Shown here piece by piece: positions 24,676 to 37,652 of a stretch of 60,627 nucleotides of DNA (positions are counted from its first letter, which is position 1; each line of letters starts with the position of its first letter). Source of the DNA: an uncultured Gammaproteobacteria bacterium. Its GTDB lineage: Bacteria > Patescibacteriota > Patescibacteriia > Magasanikbacterales > GCA-002688135. The notes under the pieces are model-generated. The model had not been told where the DNA came from. It saw nothing but the letters and a program-made list of their open reading frames with translations, and searched no databases. The translations under genes and the position numbers were made by a program. The stretch spans positions 12,271-72,897 of the forward strand of contig CAZHVT010000003.1 of the NCBI GenBank assembly GCA_964536205.1, read 5' to 3'.

Positions 24676-25632
24676 ATGCCCAAGAAAGGGAGGGGTAAGA
24701 AACAGACCTCGAAATTAAAGACGATTGAGTCGTTAACCAACGGCGATTTTACGTGGGTAAATGTGAAAGCGACGACTCCTAAGGAAATGTTGGAATTGAA
24801 AAAACGGTTTGGATTTCATGATGATGATTTGGCTTCGGCTCTGCCTCCTACGAAGCGTCCGCAGATTGTTGAGCGTGATGATTATTTGTTTGTGATCATG
24901 ATGTTTCCGACATATAATCGTACAACTGGTGTGATGCATCGCACGGAAGTTGATTTTTTCTTGGGACATAATTATGTTGTTACAGTGCATCAAAATAAAT
25001 TAGAATCGATTCGTCAGTACTATGGACAATGCGCAGATGCAAAGTCTCCAGAATGTGTTACGGGTGAGGCTGGGCAGGTAATGTATCGTATTTTGTATCG
25101 ATTGCTTTTTGGTATTCATGAGATGTTGGTGCATATGGGAAATGATATCGATAAGATGCATGATTTGGTTATTTCTGATGGAAAGCGTGCGCAGACGATT
25201 GCAGAGATTCTGCGCGTGAAAATGAATGTATCGACGTTTCGTAGTGCTGTGCAATCGCATAAACGTTTGGTGAGTAAGTTGACTGCGTATGGAACGCAAA
25301 AAATGGATTGGGATGGTTTTGATCGTTCTATGCTTGAATTGAAAGAAGATGCAAAAGAAAATTGGGATTTAACGCAGAATTATCGTGATACTATTAATGC
25401 GATTCATGATGCGTTTACCTCGAGCGTGAATGTGAAAACAGGGGAGATTATGAAGATTTTGACGTTGTTGACTGCGATGATGTTGCCTTTGTCTCTTGTT
25501 ACAACGACATTTGCGATGGATTTGGATGGGATGCCGTTTCGAGGGCCAGGAGGATTTTCGATTGTGTTTGGTTTGATGATTATTATGGGAGTTTTGACGT
25601 ATTGGTTTTATATTAAAAAACGGTGGATTTAA
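24676..25632 (+). CDS. CorA-like divalent cation transporter family protein (tentative)
   Basis: Cytoplasmic N-domain plus two C-terminal TM helices; canonical GMN motif not obvious (FAMDLDGMPF). Confidence 0.5.
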   Translation: MPKKGRGKKQTSKLKTIESLTNGDFTWVNVKATTPKEMLELKKRFGFHDDDLASALPPTKRPQIVERDDYLFVIMMFPTYNRTTGVMHRTEVDFFLGHNYVVTVHQNKLESIRQYYGQCADAKSPECVTGEAGQVMYRILYRLLFGIHEMLVHMGNDIDKMHDLVISDGKRAQTIAEILRVKMNVSTFRSAVQSHKRLVSKLTAYGTQKMDWDGFDRSMLELKEDAKENWDLTQNYRDTINAIHDAFTSSVNVKTGEIMKILTLLTAMMLPLSLVTTTFAMDLDGMPFRGPGGFSIVFGLMIIMGVLTYWFYIKKRWI

Positions 25633-25633
25633 T

Positions 25634-25969
25634 ATGAACATAAATTTTGAAAAAAAAGGAGAACCGCAGGAGGCGGTTTTTTGTGTTAGGTTTGGTTTTG
25701 CTGGAGGGCCATCAACGCCGGTTGTTGATTGTGAGAGTGGGGAGCTTGTTGAGATTGAAGGGATGCGAGTTTTTGTCGATGATGTGCAGGTTGATATGTT
25801 AACTCATGGATTGGAAGATATAAGTGGAATTTTTCGTGTTTCTGCTGTTGTGACATTATCTGATGATGTATATGAAATAGAATTGCTTGGTCCTGATGAT
25901 GAGATCGTGTCTGAAAAAAATTCGTATATCAAACTACATATTGATGAGTTGCGTGGTATTGACAAATGA
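25634..25969 (+). CDS. Hypothetical protein (111 aa)
   Basis: ORF only. Confidence 0.4.
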   Translation: MNINFEKKGEPQEAVFCVRFGFAGGPSTPVVDCESGELVEIEGMRVFVDDVQVDMLTHGLEDISGIFRVSAVVTLSDDVYEIELLGPDDEIVSEKNSYIKLHIDELRGIDK

Positions 25970-26014
25970 CTGTATTTGTGACATGATGCTTGCAGTTCGT
26001 TACAGGAGAAATAA

Positions 26015-26668
26015 TTGAAAACATTTAGTTTGTTTTGTGTTTTGAGTGTGTTTGTTTCGTGTGGTGCTTCACGTGTTGCGCCTAAATTAGTGGTTACGTC
26101 GTCCCGTCCACCCACACCTGCGGAAATTAAGGCGATTGAAGCAGCAGATGCAGCGGACGAGAAGGAGGCTGCCAGTGAGTATAATGAGTTTTATGACATT
26201 GCAAATCGTCGGCAACTTACTATTGCTCGTGGTATGATGCGATCCGCAGAAGGGAAGTATGATTTGCGTCTTAAGGCGATTATGCATTGGGTGGGAGTGT
26301 TTGAAGCTTTAAAAAAGCAATCTATTCCTTCAGGCTTGCGTGATAGCATAGATGAGTTTTTGCAGAGCATTTTACGCCCTCATCTCATCTTGATTAAAAC
26401 GTATGATACTGCGGTTGTAGAGTTTGGTGGTAGTTTTGAGGTGACGCTTGAGGCGTGGCAGAATGATCGTCGTTCGTTCAGTACTGAGGCATCTCACAAA
26501 TTGTTGTTTGAGAAACTCAATAAAGATATGCATAGAGTCGTTACGTTGAATCGACGAATAAAGACGGTCACTACGTTGTACGTAAAAGCCCTTAGTGAAG
26601 TGGTAGATAGCACGTGTGCGTGGGCTCGTACGAAACGTTTACAGTTTGATTATTGTCCAGAAAAATAG
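26015..26668 (+). CDS. Putative lipoprotein (signal peptide with VSCG lipobox-like site)
   Basis: N-terminal hydrophobic segment ending FVSCGAS. Confidence 0.45.
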   Translation: MKTFSLFCVLSVFVSCGASRVAPKLVVTSSRPPTPAEIKAIEAADAADEKEAASEYNEFYDIANRRQLTIARGMMRSAEGKYDLRLKAIMHWVGVFEALKKQSIPSGLRDSIDEFLQSILRPHLILIKTYDTAVVEFGGSFEVTLEAWQNDRRSFSTEASHKLLFEKLNKDMHRVVTLNRRIKTVTTLYVKALSEVVDSTCAWARTKRLQFDYCPEK

Positions 26669-26678
26669 GTTAAAAAAT

Positions 26679-26709
26679 GGACTCCTGTACGCAGGAGTCC
26701 TTTTTTTAT
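26679..26709. terminator. Bidirectional terminator GGACTCCTGTACGCAGGAGTCC + T8, between convergent genes
   Basis: Direct read. Confidence 0.7.
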
Positions 26710-26719
26710 TTTTCTACTT

Positions 26720-28090
26720 TTATTTTTCTACGACTTTCGTTCCTTCTTTTGTGTCTTCTATTGCGTAGCCGGCGTTTTCGATTTTTTGGCGGAGTGTGTC
26801 GGCGAGTTTGAAATCTTTTGCGTCGCGTGCGGCGTTTCTTTCGGCTGCAAGTTTTGTGATTTCATCTGGAACTTCAAGGGGTTTTGCTATCCATTGATCT
26901 AATCCTAATCCCAATACATGATCCATGTGTAACAATGTTGCGGCTCTCATGCTTGATGGATGATCTGATTTTATGATTTCCCACATCAATGCGAGCGCTT
27001 GTGGTGTGTTTAAATCATCTTCTAATTTTTCTTTGAACTGTGTAAGCCATTTTTCATCGACGTGATCTGGTTCGTTCCAATCTCGAACTTCGTTTCGAAT
27101 GTTGTGTAGTGCGTTTTGTGCGGCTTCAAGTGCTTCTGTGGTGAATGTGAGAGGAGAGCGATAATGCGTATTTAAAATGAAATATCTGTATGATAAAGGA
27201 TGAAAACCTTGTTTTTTTATGTCTGAAAGACTGACGACGTTTCCGTCGGATTTTGCCATTTTATCATCGCCGAGTACGACGAATTCTCCATGCACCCACC
27301 AATTTGCAAGCATTTCATCATGCGCTGCAGTTGATTGTGCGATTTCGTTTTCGTGATGAACAGGAATTAAATCTATTGCGCCGGTGTGAATATCAAATGG
27401 TTGACCGAGATGTTTTGCAGACATAGCAGAGCATTCCACATGCCATCCGGGAAAACCAATTCCCCATGGTGATTCCCATTCCATTTGTCGTTGTTCATCT
27501 TGTGGAGAAAATTTCCACAATGCAAAATCTGTAATGTTCTTCTTTTCGGGATTTTTTGCAACGCGTGCTCCTTCTTCTTTATCTTCTGCTTTTTGTCTGG
27601 AGAGATTTCCGTAGTTTTCAAATTTTGATGTATCGAAGTAGATGCCGTCTGTAATCTTGTATGTGAATCCCTTTTCTTCGAGTTTTTTGATTAATGCGAT
27701 TTGTTCTTCTATATGTTCAGTTGCTTTGGGAAATACATCGGCTGGTAATAGGTTTAGTTCTTTCATGTCGCGCATGAATTCATCTGTGTAAAATTGTGCG
27801 ATTTCTGCTGCTGATTTATTTTCTCGTTTTGCGGCTTCTTCCATTTTATCTTGATCTGTTTCTGATATGAGATGTCCGACATCTGTAATGTTCATGACAT
27901 GTTTTACATCAAATCCTAAAAACATGAGTGTTCGTTTTAAAATATCTGCCATGGTGAAGGAGCGCATGTTTCCAATGTGTGCTGATGAATATACTGTTGG
28001 TCCACAGGTATACATGCCAACTTTTTTTCCGGAAAGTGGTTTGAATTCGTTTTTAGATCGTGTTTTTGTGTTGTAGAGTTTGAGGGACAT
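26720..28090 (-). CDS. cysS: Cysteine--tRNA ligase
   Basis: HIGN-type HIGH motif (SAHIGNMRS), KMAKSDG (KMSKS), Zn-binding Cys. Confidence 0.9.
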   Translation of the reverse strand: MSLKLYNTKTRSKNEFKPLSGKKVGMYTCGPTVYSSAHIGNMRSFTMADILKRTLMFLGFDVKHVMNITDVGHLISETDQDKMEEAAKRENKSAAEIAQFYTDEFMRDMKELNLLPADVFPKATEHIEEQIALIKKLEEKGFTYKITDGIYFDTSKFENYGNLSRQKAEDKEEGARVAKNPEKKNITDFALWKFSPQDEQRQMEWESPWGIGFPGWHVECSAMSAKHLGQPFDIHTGAIDLIPVHHENEIAQSTAAHDEMLANWWVHGEFVVLGDDKMAKSDGNVVSLSDIKKQGFHPLSYRYFILNTHYRSPLTFTTEALEAAQNALHNIRNEVRDWNEPDHVDEKWLTQFKEKLEDDLNTPQALALMWEIIKSDHPSSMRAATLLHMDHVLGLGLDQWIAKPLEVPDEITKLAAERNAARDAKDFKLADTLRQKIENAGYAIEDTKEGTKVVEK

Positions 28091-28207
28091 AGTGCTTTAG
28101 TCTTTCATATTTCCAATTTGTTGGCAATTTTTAAAGTTATACACTTGTTGTGAGAAATTTGATTTGGTACGTTGCACTTCTGTTCATTCTAGACGAGGAG
28201 ATATATT

Positions 28208-28756
28208 GTGAAACTAGAAACATGGTTGAGGAAATTGTTGGACGGATTGATTCGCGAGTTGCGCTGGGGCGATCAAGGTTGTACTCATGAGAATATTCTC
28301 ATGCATGCTTATAAGATGGCGTGGGTTGTACAGTTTATGCTCGCACATGAGGAAGAGTCTGGCGATCTGACGGATATTCGAAAGTATGTCATATTGCAAG
28401 CCGCGATTAACCATGATATTGGTGAGGCGGTTTGTGGTGATGTGCTGTTTGATGACAAAACCGAGGAAGACGAAAAAAAGGAAGTTGCGGCGTATCTTGG
28501 TTTGATGCGCGAAGTCGTTCCGGAAGGTTTGGAGCGATATTTTCCTCTGCCGCCAGATAGTGCTTGTAATGGATTTTTTTCCGAGCGAGAAGTCGAGTTT
28601 TGGGATGTGTGTGAAAAAGTGGGATATCTGCTTTTCATCGGTGAAGAAGTTCGACTCGGCCATCCGACATTTTCCACAGAACGGCAGCGTTATCGAGATT
28701 GGCTTCAAGATTATCTTCATTATGCTGGTGTTCGGTACTTTCTTGAGCATCATTGA
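28208..28756 (+). CDS. HD-domain phosphohydrolase (YfbR-like 5'-deoxynucleotidase family)
   Basis: H..HD..E pattern: THENILMHAY ... AINHDIGEAV. Confidence 0.65.
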   Translation: MKLETWLRKLLDGLIRELRWGDQGCTHENILMHAYKMAWVVQFMLAHEEESGDLTDIRKYVILQAAINHDIGEAVCGDVLFDDKTEEDEKKEVAAYLGLMREVVPEGLERYFPLPPDSACNGFFSEREVEFWDVCEKVGYLLFIGEEVRLGHPTFSTERQRYRDWLQDYLHYAGVRYFLEHH

Positions 28757-28865
28757 TGTGTGAGGTGTGGTTGAAACCATACCTTTTTTATTTGATGATG
28801 TTGGGACTTGTGTAGAAAGAGTTAATCTCATATACTAATTATTCTGTTCTTTAAAGGAGAAGGTC

Positions 28866-29882
28866 ATGGTCGAACCCCTGAAGGTCGTGACATTGGGTGG
28901 TGGCACGGGTCATTATGCATTGTTGCGCGCGTTGAAGTTGATTCCAAACGTTGATATTACCGCGGTGGTTTCGGTAGCTGATTCTGGTGGGTCATCCGGA
29001 GAGTTGCGAGATACACACGGAGGATTGCCTCCGGGTGATATTCTCAAAGCGATTCTTGCGCTTTCTGAAATGCATCCAGAGTTGGTGCGTGAGTTCATGT
29101 TGCATCGTTTTGATGAAGGCAAGTTTGCTCCTCATACGATCGGCAATATGCTGTTGACAATGCATGCGACGCAAGTTGAGAGTATGCAATCTGCGATCGA
29201 TAAATTCTCTGCTTTTTTGCTGGTAGAACATCGCGTCGTTCCTGTTTCATTGGCGAATATCTCTATTACTGCTCACTATTCTGACGGAAGTATGTTGGTT
29301 GGTGAGGGTGTGATTGATGAGTATCGTGGTGAAGCAAGCGTAAAAGAGTTGGTTATCGAACCCGATAGTGCGTATATTTGTCGTGCTGCCAGTCAGGCGA
29401 TCAGATTTGCGGATGTTGTCATCATTGCGCCTGGAAGTTTGTACACAAGTCTTCTTCCTGTTTTGCAAATGGGTGGAGTGGCTGATGTGTTACAACAGTC
29501 AAAAGCTTTGAAGATTTTCGTTTGCAACACCATGACACTCAATGGTGATACACGCGGTTTCTGTGTTTCGGATTTCATTGAGAGAATTGAAGCAGCGATG
29601 GGGTGCAAGCTCGATCGTGTGCTGGTTGATTCTTCAGATCATGAAGCCGATGTTCTAGAGCGCTACGCACAGCAATTTCAGTTTCCTGTGACGTGCACTG
29701 CAGAATGTTTGTTGAATGAACGTATTTTGGAAGCGGATCTTGTTGCTACCGGTGAGTTGGTTCGTCATGATTATGCAAAGCTTTCACAAGCACTGCAGGA
29801 CATCATGTTCGAATATTTTAATCAGCCGGTTCCAATTCGTCGGATATCGTCAGTTCGCTCTGTTTCAAAAGGCCGAACATAG
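28866..29882 (+). CDS. YvcK/CofD-like (UPF0052) family protein
   Basis: VVTLGGGTG and VVSVADSGGSSG motifs. Confidence 0.75.
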   Translation: MVEPLKVVTLGGGTGHYALLRALKLIPNVDITAVVSVADSGGSSGELRDTHGGLPPGDILKAILALSEMHPELVREFMLHRFDEGKFAPHTIGNMLLTMHATQVESMQSAIDKFSAFLLVEHRVVPVSLANISITAHYSDGSMLVGEGVIDEYRGEASVKELVIEPDSAYICRAASQAIRFADVVIIAPGSLYTSLLPVLQMGGVADVLQQSKALKIFVCNTMTLNGDTRGFCVSDFIERIEAAMGCKLDRVLVDSSDHEADVLERYAQQFQFPVTCTAECLLNERILEADLVATGELVRHDYAKLSQALQDIMFEYFNQPVPIRRISSVRSVSKGRT

Positions 29883-29924
29883 TTTTAATCCTCCACATGG
29901 GGGATTTTTTTATTAGAATAGGTG

Positions 29925-29933
29925 TGATATACT
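29925..29933 (+). promoter_or_regulatory. Extended -10 promoter TGATATACT upstream of pilM
   Basis: TGnTATACT. Confidence 0.35.
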
Positions 29934-29954
29934 ATATGTCAATAATCTAGAGAT

Positions 29955-29979
29955 GGATTCCCGCCTTCGCGGGAATGAC
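29955..29979. repeat. GGATTCCCGCCTTCGCGGGAATGAC repeat (GTCAT-family variant) in the pilM leader
   Basis: Hairpin CCCGCCTTCGCGGG with the GTCAT-like terminus. Confidence 0.55.
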
Positions 29980-29989
29980 AATTTGTAAT

Positions 29990-31081
29990 ATGGGTTTATT
30001 TTCTAAGAAAGAAGAATCAATTTTAGGAGTTGATTTGGGTGCATCAAGTGTGAAGATGGTGGAATTGAAAAAGGAGAAACACCAAATGCATTTGGTGACC
30101 TATGGATATAGTTCTGGGGATTTGAAATTGCCAGATGATGATTTGGAGCAGAGGAATTTGCAGGCTGCGCTTATTAAGAAGGTTGCGGAAGGTTCAAAGG
30201 TGAAAACAAAAAATGTGATTGCGTCTGTTCCACTATCTGATGTATTTTCTGCTGTAGTTCGTATTCCGAATGTTGCAAAAAAAGAACAATCTGCTTTGAT
30301 TGAACGTGAGGCGCAGAAATTTTTACCTTTTCCTGTTGCCGAGGCTGTGGTTGATTGGAAAGTAATTGAAGATAAGAAAAAGAAGAAAGAAGCAAAGGGA
30401 AAAAGTTTTGAACATCAGAAGAAGGAGTTGGCGAAGGATATTTCTGCGTTGATTACAGCTGCGCCGCGTTCTACGGTTACGAGAATTGCAGATATTTTTA
30501 AACGCGCAGGATTTACTTTAAAGAGTTTGGAAACTGAAGCATTTGCTTTGACACGATCGTTAATTGGAAATGATCCGACAAGTGTATTGTTGGTTGATGT
30601 TGGTGCGGTGCGATCTAACTTTTTTGTGGTTGAAAATACGCTACCTGTGATGCATCGATCTATGCAGTTGGGTGGTGTGAATTTTACACAAGCTTTGGAT
30701 AATGTGTTGAAGGTTGGTTTGGAGAAAGCTGAACAAATGAAATCTGATATTATGTCGACGGGTGCGATTGAAGCGGATGAAACTGGATTTCCGAAAATTT
30801 TTCAACAAACGATTCAGCCACTTATTAATGAGATTCGTTATACCATGAACTTATATACGACACAGCAAGGTGGTACACATCCGGAGCGAATTGTGTTGAC
30901 TGGTGGTTCGTCATTGTTGCCACATTTAGATGCGTTTTTATCACATACATTTAATATGAAAGTGTTTGTGGGAGATCCATGGGCACGAACATGGTATCCG
31001 GAGAATTTACGTCCGGCATTATATGAAATTGGAACGCGTTTTGCGGTGTCTGTGGGATTAGCATTGAGGGAGGGGCAATAA
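29990..31081 (+). CDS. pilM: Type IV pilus assembly ATPase-like protein PilM
   Basis: LGVDLGASSVKMVEL actin-like N-terminus. Confidence 0.8.
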   Translation: MGLFSKKEESILGVDLGASSVKMVELKKEKHQMHLVTYGYSSGDLKLPDDDLEQRNLQAALIKKVAEGSKVKTKNVIASVPLSDVFSAVVRIPNVAKKEQSALIEREAQKFLPFPVAEAVVDWKVIEDKKKKKEAKGKSFEHQKKELAKDISALITAAPRSTVTRIADIFKRAGFTLKSLETEAFALTRSLIGNDPTSVLLVDVGAVRSNFFVVENTLPVMHRSMQLGGVNFTQALDNVLKVGLEKAEQMKSDIMSTGAIEADETGFPKIFQQTIQPLINEIRYTMNLYTTQQGGTHPERIVLTGGSSLLPHLDAFLSHTFNMKVFVGDPWARTWYPENLRPALYEIGTRFAVSVGLALREGQ

Positions 31082-31090
31082 TACATTTTT

Positions 31091-31462
31091 ATGGCCAAAC
31101 CTCTTATTGAAATGGTTTCGACTGATGCGCATTTGATTGAGATCTACGAGGAGTTATTTCAGGAGAAAGGATTTGCATTCAAGCATTCGCCAAAAGGAGA
31201 AAAGGCGTTTAAGGTGATCAAAGAGAAAAAACCTTTTGCGATTTTGTTGGATATGGCGATAGCAGGTGAAGATGGTTTTGATTTGATCAGTAAGTTGCGA
31301 AAATTTCAGACATTGAAGAAAATTCCGATTGTTGTTTTGTCTCATGTTTCGGATGAAGCGGATGTAAAGCGAGCGCAGAAATTTGGTATTGAACATTATT
31401 GTTTAAAATTGCATTGTCATCCAGAGCGCATTGTTGAGCGCGTGGAGGCATTAAAAAAATAA
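31091..31462 (+). CDS. Stand-alone response-regulator receiver domain (PilH/CheY-like)
   Basis: ILLDMAIAGEDGFDL acceptor-Asp context and conserved Lys region. Confidence 0.7.
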   Translation: MAKPLIEMVSTDAHLIEIYEELFQEKGFAFKHSPKGEKAFKVIKEKKPFAILLDMAIAGEDGFDLISKLRKFQTLKKIPIVVLSHVSDEADVKRAQKFGIEHYCLKLHCHPERIVERVEALKK

Positions 31463-31463
31463 T

Positions 31464-31925
31464 ATGGGTAGAGATGAAATGTACTATAAACGCGGTTTTA
31501 CGCTTGTGGAATTGATTGTGGTTTTGGGTGTCATTGGTATTTTAGCTATCGGGAGTGTGTTGGCTGTTGGGTCGACGCGGAAGACTTCTCGGGATGTGTT
31601 GCGTTTGGCGCATATGAAAGAAGTATTTTTTGGCATGGAATTATATTTTAATGAACATGGTGATTATCCGGATGGAGAGCAGGTTGTTCTTGGTTCTGAT
31701 CAGGCGCGGTGTTTGGATGATACTGGTTTTCATCCTGCTGGGGGGTGTAGTGGAAATGTGTGGTTAACAAATATCATGCCAAATCCAGCTCCAGGAGGTG
31801 CTTCGTTTGTGTATTCGTATGATGTTGGTCCGCCGGCTGCTTATAGTATTGATTTTTCACTAGAAGGAGATTCTGCTGGGCTTGTTCGTGGCCAGCATGT
31901 TATGAGGCCTAGTGGCATTCAATAA
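31464..31925 (+). CDS. Type IV pilin / pseudopilin (prepilin N-terminus KRG|FTLVELIVVLGVIGILA)
   Basis: Class III signal peptide motif; alternative start at 31479. Confidence 0.7.
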   Translation: MGRDEMYYKRGFTLVELIVVLGVIGILAIGSVLAVGSTRKTSRDVLRLAHMKEVFFGMELYFNEHGDYPDGEQVVLGSDQARCLDDTGFHPAGGCSGNVWLTNIMPNPAPGGASFVYSYDVGPPAAYSIDFSLEGDSAGLVRGQHVMRPSGIQ

Positions 31926-32045
31926 ATTGAATGCAATGATCAAGTACCAAATTCCAAATAACAGACAAATCTCAAATACGAAATTTTACATTCCAAAGCT
32001 TGCGGCCTCGTGTTTGTGAGTTGAGATTTAGTATTTGTTTGAAAA

Positions 32046-34912
<2,867 letters not shown>

Positions 34913-35067
34913 TAGCAAACATGTCTGGAGCGATAGCAGAAGACATTTTGCGTTACTAGATAACCGAACATGAAAATTTCAAAGAAATTTTAATTTTGAA
35001 ATATAGAATCTCTTTCCGTTGGAGCGGCAGCGAGGCTCCATGCATGTAATAGAACGAATTTAAACAT

Positions 35068-35355
35068 ATGAGTGATTTAAACTTAAAAAACATCGAAGCC
35101 CTGTCCAAGCTCTCACTCACAAAAGAGGAGCAAAAAGCGATTCCTGATCAGATTGAATCGATTTTAGAATACGTAGATCAACTACAGGAAGTTGATGTGA
35201 AAGTTGAACATACTCATCGAAATACACTCACGTCGAGTGATTTGCGAGAAGATGTTGCGGTGGAAACATCGCCAGAAGTTCGTGAGCGATTATTTGAAAA
35301 TATGCCGAGGAGTGAAGGGGGTTATTTAGAAGTACCTGAAGTTTTTGAAGCGTAA
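35068..35355 (+). CDS. gatC: Asp/Glu-tRNA(Asn/Gln) amidotransferase subunit C
   Basis: Typical GatC length and sequence. Confidence 0.8.
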   Translation: MSDLNLKNIEALSKLSLTKEEQKAIPDQIESILEYVDQLQEVDVKVEHTHRNTLTSSDLREDVAVETSPEVRERLFENMPRSEGGYLEVPEVFEA

Positions 35356-35364
35356 CATCAACGT

Positions 35365-35438
35365 GTCATCCTGAGCTTGTCGAAGGATATCGTGAGGAAT
35401 TTTGATGGGATCCTTCGACTGAAAACGCTCAGGATGAC
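35365..35438. repeat. Inverted pair of GTCATCCTGAGC..CGAAGGATATC / GGGATCCTTCGA..GCTCAGGATGAC repeats between gatC and gatA
   Basis: Direct read; the long ORF-track start of gatA runs through it. Confidence 0.7.
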
Positions 35439-35451
35439 GATTCTATATACT

Positions 35452-36879
35452 ATGGATATACAAGAATTAACAATTGAACAAGCTTTAGCAAAAATGGAAT
35501 CGGGAGAAGTGACTGCTGTGGGAATTTTGGATGCGTGTCTAAAGAATATTGTGGATCAAGAGGATGACGTCCATGCGTTTTTGGAGGTGTGGGAAAAGGA
35601 TGCCAAAAAACAGGCGAAATCTGTAGATGATCGTCGTGCGAACGGAAAACCGGTTGGATTGTTGGCGGGGATTCCGATTGCTGTTAAAGATAATATTTTG
35701 TATGTCGATCATGTGGTTTCTGGAGCATCGAAAATTTTGGAACCGTATAAAGCTGCATATAGTGCGACAGTTGTAGAGAAATTATTAGCTGAAGATGCTG
35801 TTTTAATCGGTCGCACAAATTGTGATGAATTTGCGTGTGGTGGATCAACTGAAAATTCTGGTTTTGGTCCAACGCATAATCCGCATGAGCCTACGCGCGT
35901 TCCGGGTGGATCTTCTGGTGGTTCTGCGGCAGCGGTTGCTGCAGGGATGTGTTTGGCCGCGCTTGGTTCTGATACAGGTGGATCGATTCGTCAGCCTGCA
36001 AGTTTTTGTGGAGTAGTTGGTTTGAAACCAACGTATGGCAGAGTTTCGCGTTATGGTTTGATGTCGATGTCTTCAAGTTTGGATCAAATTGGGCCGATTG
36101 GAAAAAATGTTGATGATTGTGCGAGGATTTTGAATGTGATTGAAGGGAAGGATGACATGGATGCAACGAGCGTGAGTCATGCGCCAACATCTGTTGAGGC
36201 TGTTGCACATTTTGAGGATTCATCATTTTTATCTGAAATGACGATTGGAGTGCCGAAAGAATTTTTTGACACAGAGGGTATTGATCCTGCGGTTGCTGAA
36301 ATGGTTCGTGAGAAGATAGTTTCATTAGAAACCCGGGGTGCGACGATTAAAGAAATTAGTTTAGCTCATTCAGCTCATGCATTAGCAACATATTATGTTT
36401 TGATGCCGTCTGAAGTTTCGTCAAATACTGCACGTTATGATGGTGTCCGATATGGATTATCTGAAGGCACATCTTTAGATGAGGTGTATGTCAAAACACG
36501 TACTGCTGGTTTTGGCGCTGAAGTGAAGCGACGCATTTTGTTAGGAACGTTTGCTTTATCGGAAGGATATGTTGATGCCTATTATAAAAAATCTGTAGCA
36601 GTGCGGCAGGAAATTGAACAGGAATTTTTACAGGCTTTTGATGAGGTTGATGTGATCGTGTCACCAACATCTCCGGTAACTGCGTTTAAGTTGGGTGAGC
36701 GAATTGCAGATCCTATTACGATGTATCTATCTGATGTATATACAGTTTCTGCAAACTTGGCTGGAATTCCTGCGATTAGTGTGCCGTGCGGTGAGGTTGA
36801 TGGTTTGCCCGTTGGAATTCAGTTTATGACTCCACATTTTAAAGAAGATCGTTTATTACATATAGCTTCGTACATATGA
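35452..36879 (+). CDS. gatA: Glutamyl-tRNA(Gln) amidotransferase subunit A
   Basis: Amidase signature (GGSSGGSAAAVA..), start moved to MDIQELT downstream of the repeat. Confidence 0.9.
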   Translation: MDIQELTIEQALAKMESGEVTAVGILDACLKNIVDQEDDVHAFLEVWEKDAKKQAKSVDDRRANGKPVGLLAGIPIAVKDNILYVDHVVSGASKILEPYKAAYSATVVEKLLAEDAVLIGRTNCDEFACGGSTENSGFGPTHNPHEPTRVPGGSSGGSAAAVAAGMCLAALGSDTGGSIRQPASFCGVVGLKPTYGRVSRYGLMSMSSSLDQIGPIGKNVDDCARILNVIEGKDDMDATSVSHAPTSVEAVAHFEDSSFLSEMTIGVPKEFFDTEGIDPAVAEMVREKIVSLETRGATIKEISLAHSAHALATYYVLMPSEVSSNTARYDGVRYGLSEGTSLDEVYVKTRTAGFGAEVKRRILLGTFALSEGYVDAYYKKSVAVRQEIEQEFLQAFDEVDVIVSPTSPVTAFKLGERIADPITMYLSDVYTVSANLAGIPAISVPCGEVDGLPVGIQFMTPHFKEDRLLHIASYI

Positions 36880-37565
36880 GTGAAGAATTTTTGAATAAGT
36901 GTCCGTTACCTCCTGCAATGGAGTTTCGTCTGAAGACGAATCAGAGATTGGATTTGATTCGACAAGAATTTGAAGATGGATTTGCGTTTTTATATCCGTT
37001 TAAGCATGAGATTACTATTTTTGGATCAGCTCGTTTTAAAGAAGATCATAAATATTATAAGATGGCGCGCGGATTGGCTAAGCAGTTGGGTGAAGAAGGT
37101 TATACGATTATTACTGGTGGTGGTCCGGGAATTATGGAGGCGGCGAATCGAGGTGCGACGGAAGCCGGTGCGCCTTCTGTTGGATTAAATATTGAGTTAC
37201 CGATGGAACAACGTGTGAATCCGTATGTTGATGAAGATAAATCGATGGGATTTCATTATTTCTTTTCACGTAAAGTTATGTTGTCGGCGGCTTCTCAAGC
37301 ATATATTGCGTTTCCTGGAGGTTTTGGAACGATGGATGAATTGTTTGAGATGATTACGTTAATTCAAACGAAGAAAATGGAGCGCGTTCCGATTATTTTG
37401 GTCGGACATGAATTTTGGAAGCCGTTGTTAGATTGGATTTCAAGTGAAATGCGTGATGATGAAAAAACGATTTCTCCGGAAGATTTGGATTTGTTTACGT
37501 TGGTTGAATCAAATGAGGAGGCGATGGAGATTGTGCGGACGACTTCGGAGAGAAAGATATTTTAG
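36876..37565 (+). CDS. LOG-family (TIGR00730) protein
   Basis: GGGPGIMEAANRGA and PGGFGTMDELFE motifs. Confidence 0.8.
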   Translation: MSEEFLNKCPLPPAMEFRLKTNQRLDLIRQEFEDGFAFLYPFKHEITIFGSARFKEDHKYYKMARGLAKQLGEEGYTIITGGGPGIMEAANRGATEAGAPSVGLNIELPMEQRVNPYVDEDKSMGFHYFFSRKVMLSAASQAYIAFPGGFGTMDELFEMITLIQTKKMERVPIILVGHEFWKPLLDWISSEMRDDEKTISPEDLDLFTLVESNEEAMEIVRTTSERKIF

Positions 37566-37581
37566 ATAGTATTTCGTATAT

Positions 37582-37633
37582 AGTATGTAGTATGTGGTAT
37601 TCAGCAACCTCACGAGGTTACATACTACATACT
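37582..37633. repeat. Perfect 14-bp inverted repeat AGTATGTAGTATGT / ACATACTACATACT enclosing a second 6-bp hairpin AACCTCACGAGGTT
   Basis: Direct read; between the LOG gene and lgt. Confidence 0.6.
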
Positions 37634-37652
37634 ACATACCATATACCAAAAA

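Noticed and set aside
28214-28831. 205-aa minus-strand ORF covering the HD-domain gene
   Set aside because: The plus-strand product has the H..HD motif; the minus ORF has no motif and a poor start context
35377-35451. Longer gatA start from the ORF track (MSKDIVRNFDG...)
   Set aside because: Those codons are the inverted GTCATCC repeat pair in the gatC-gatA spacer; the conserved GatA N-terminus starts at 35452
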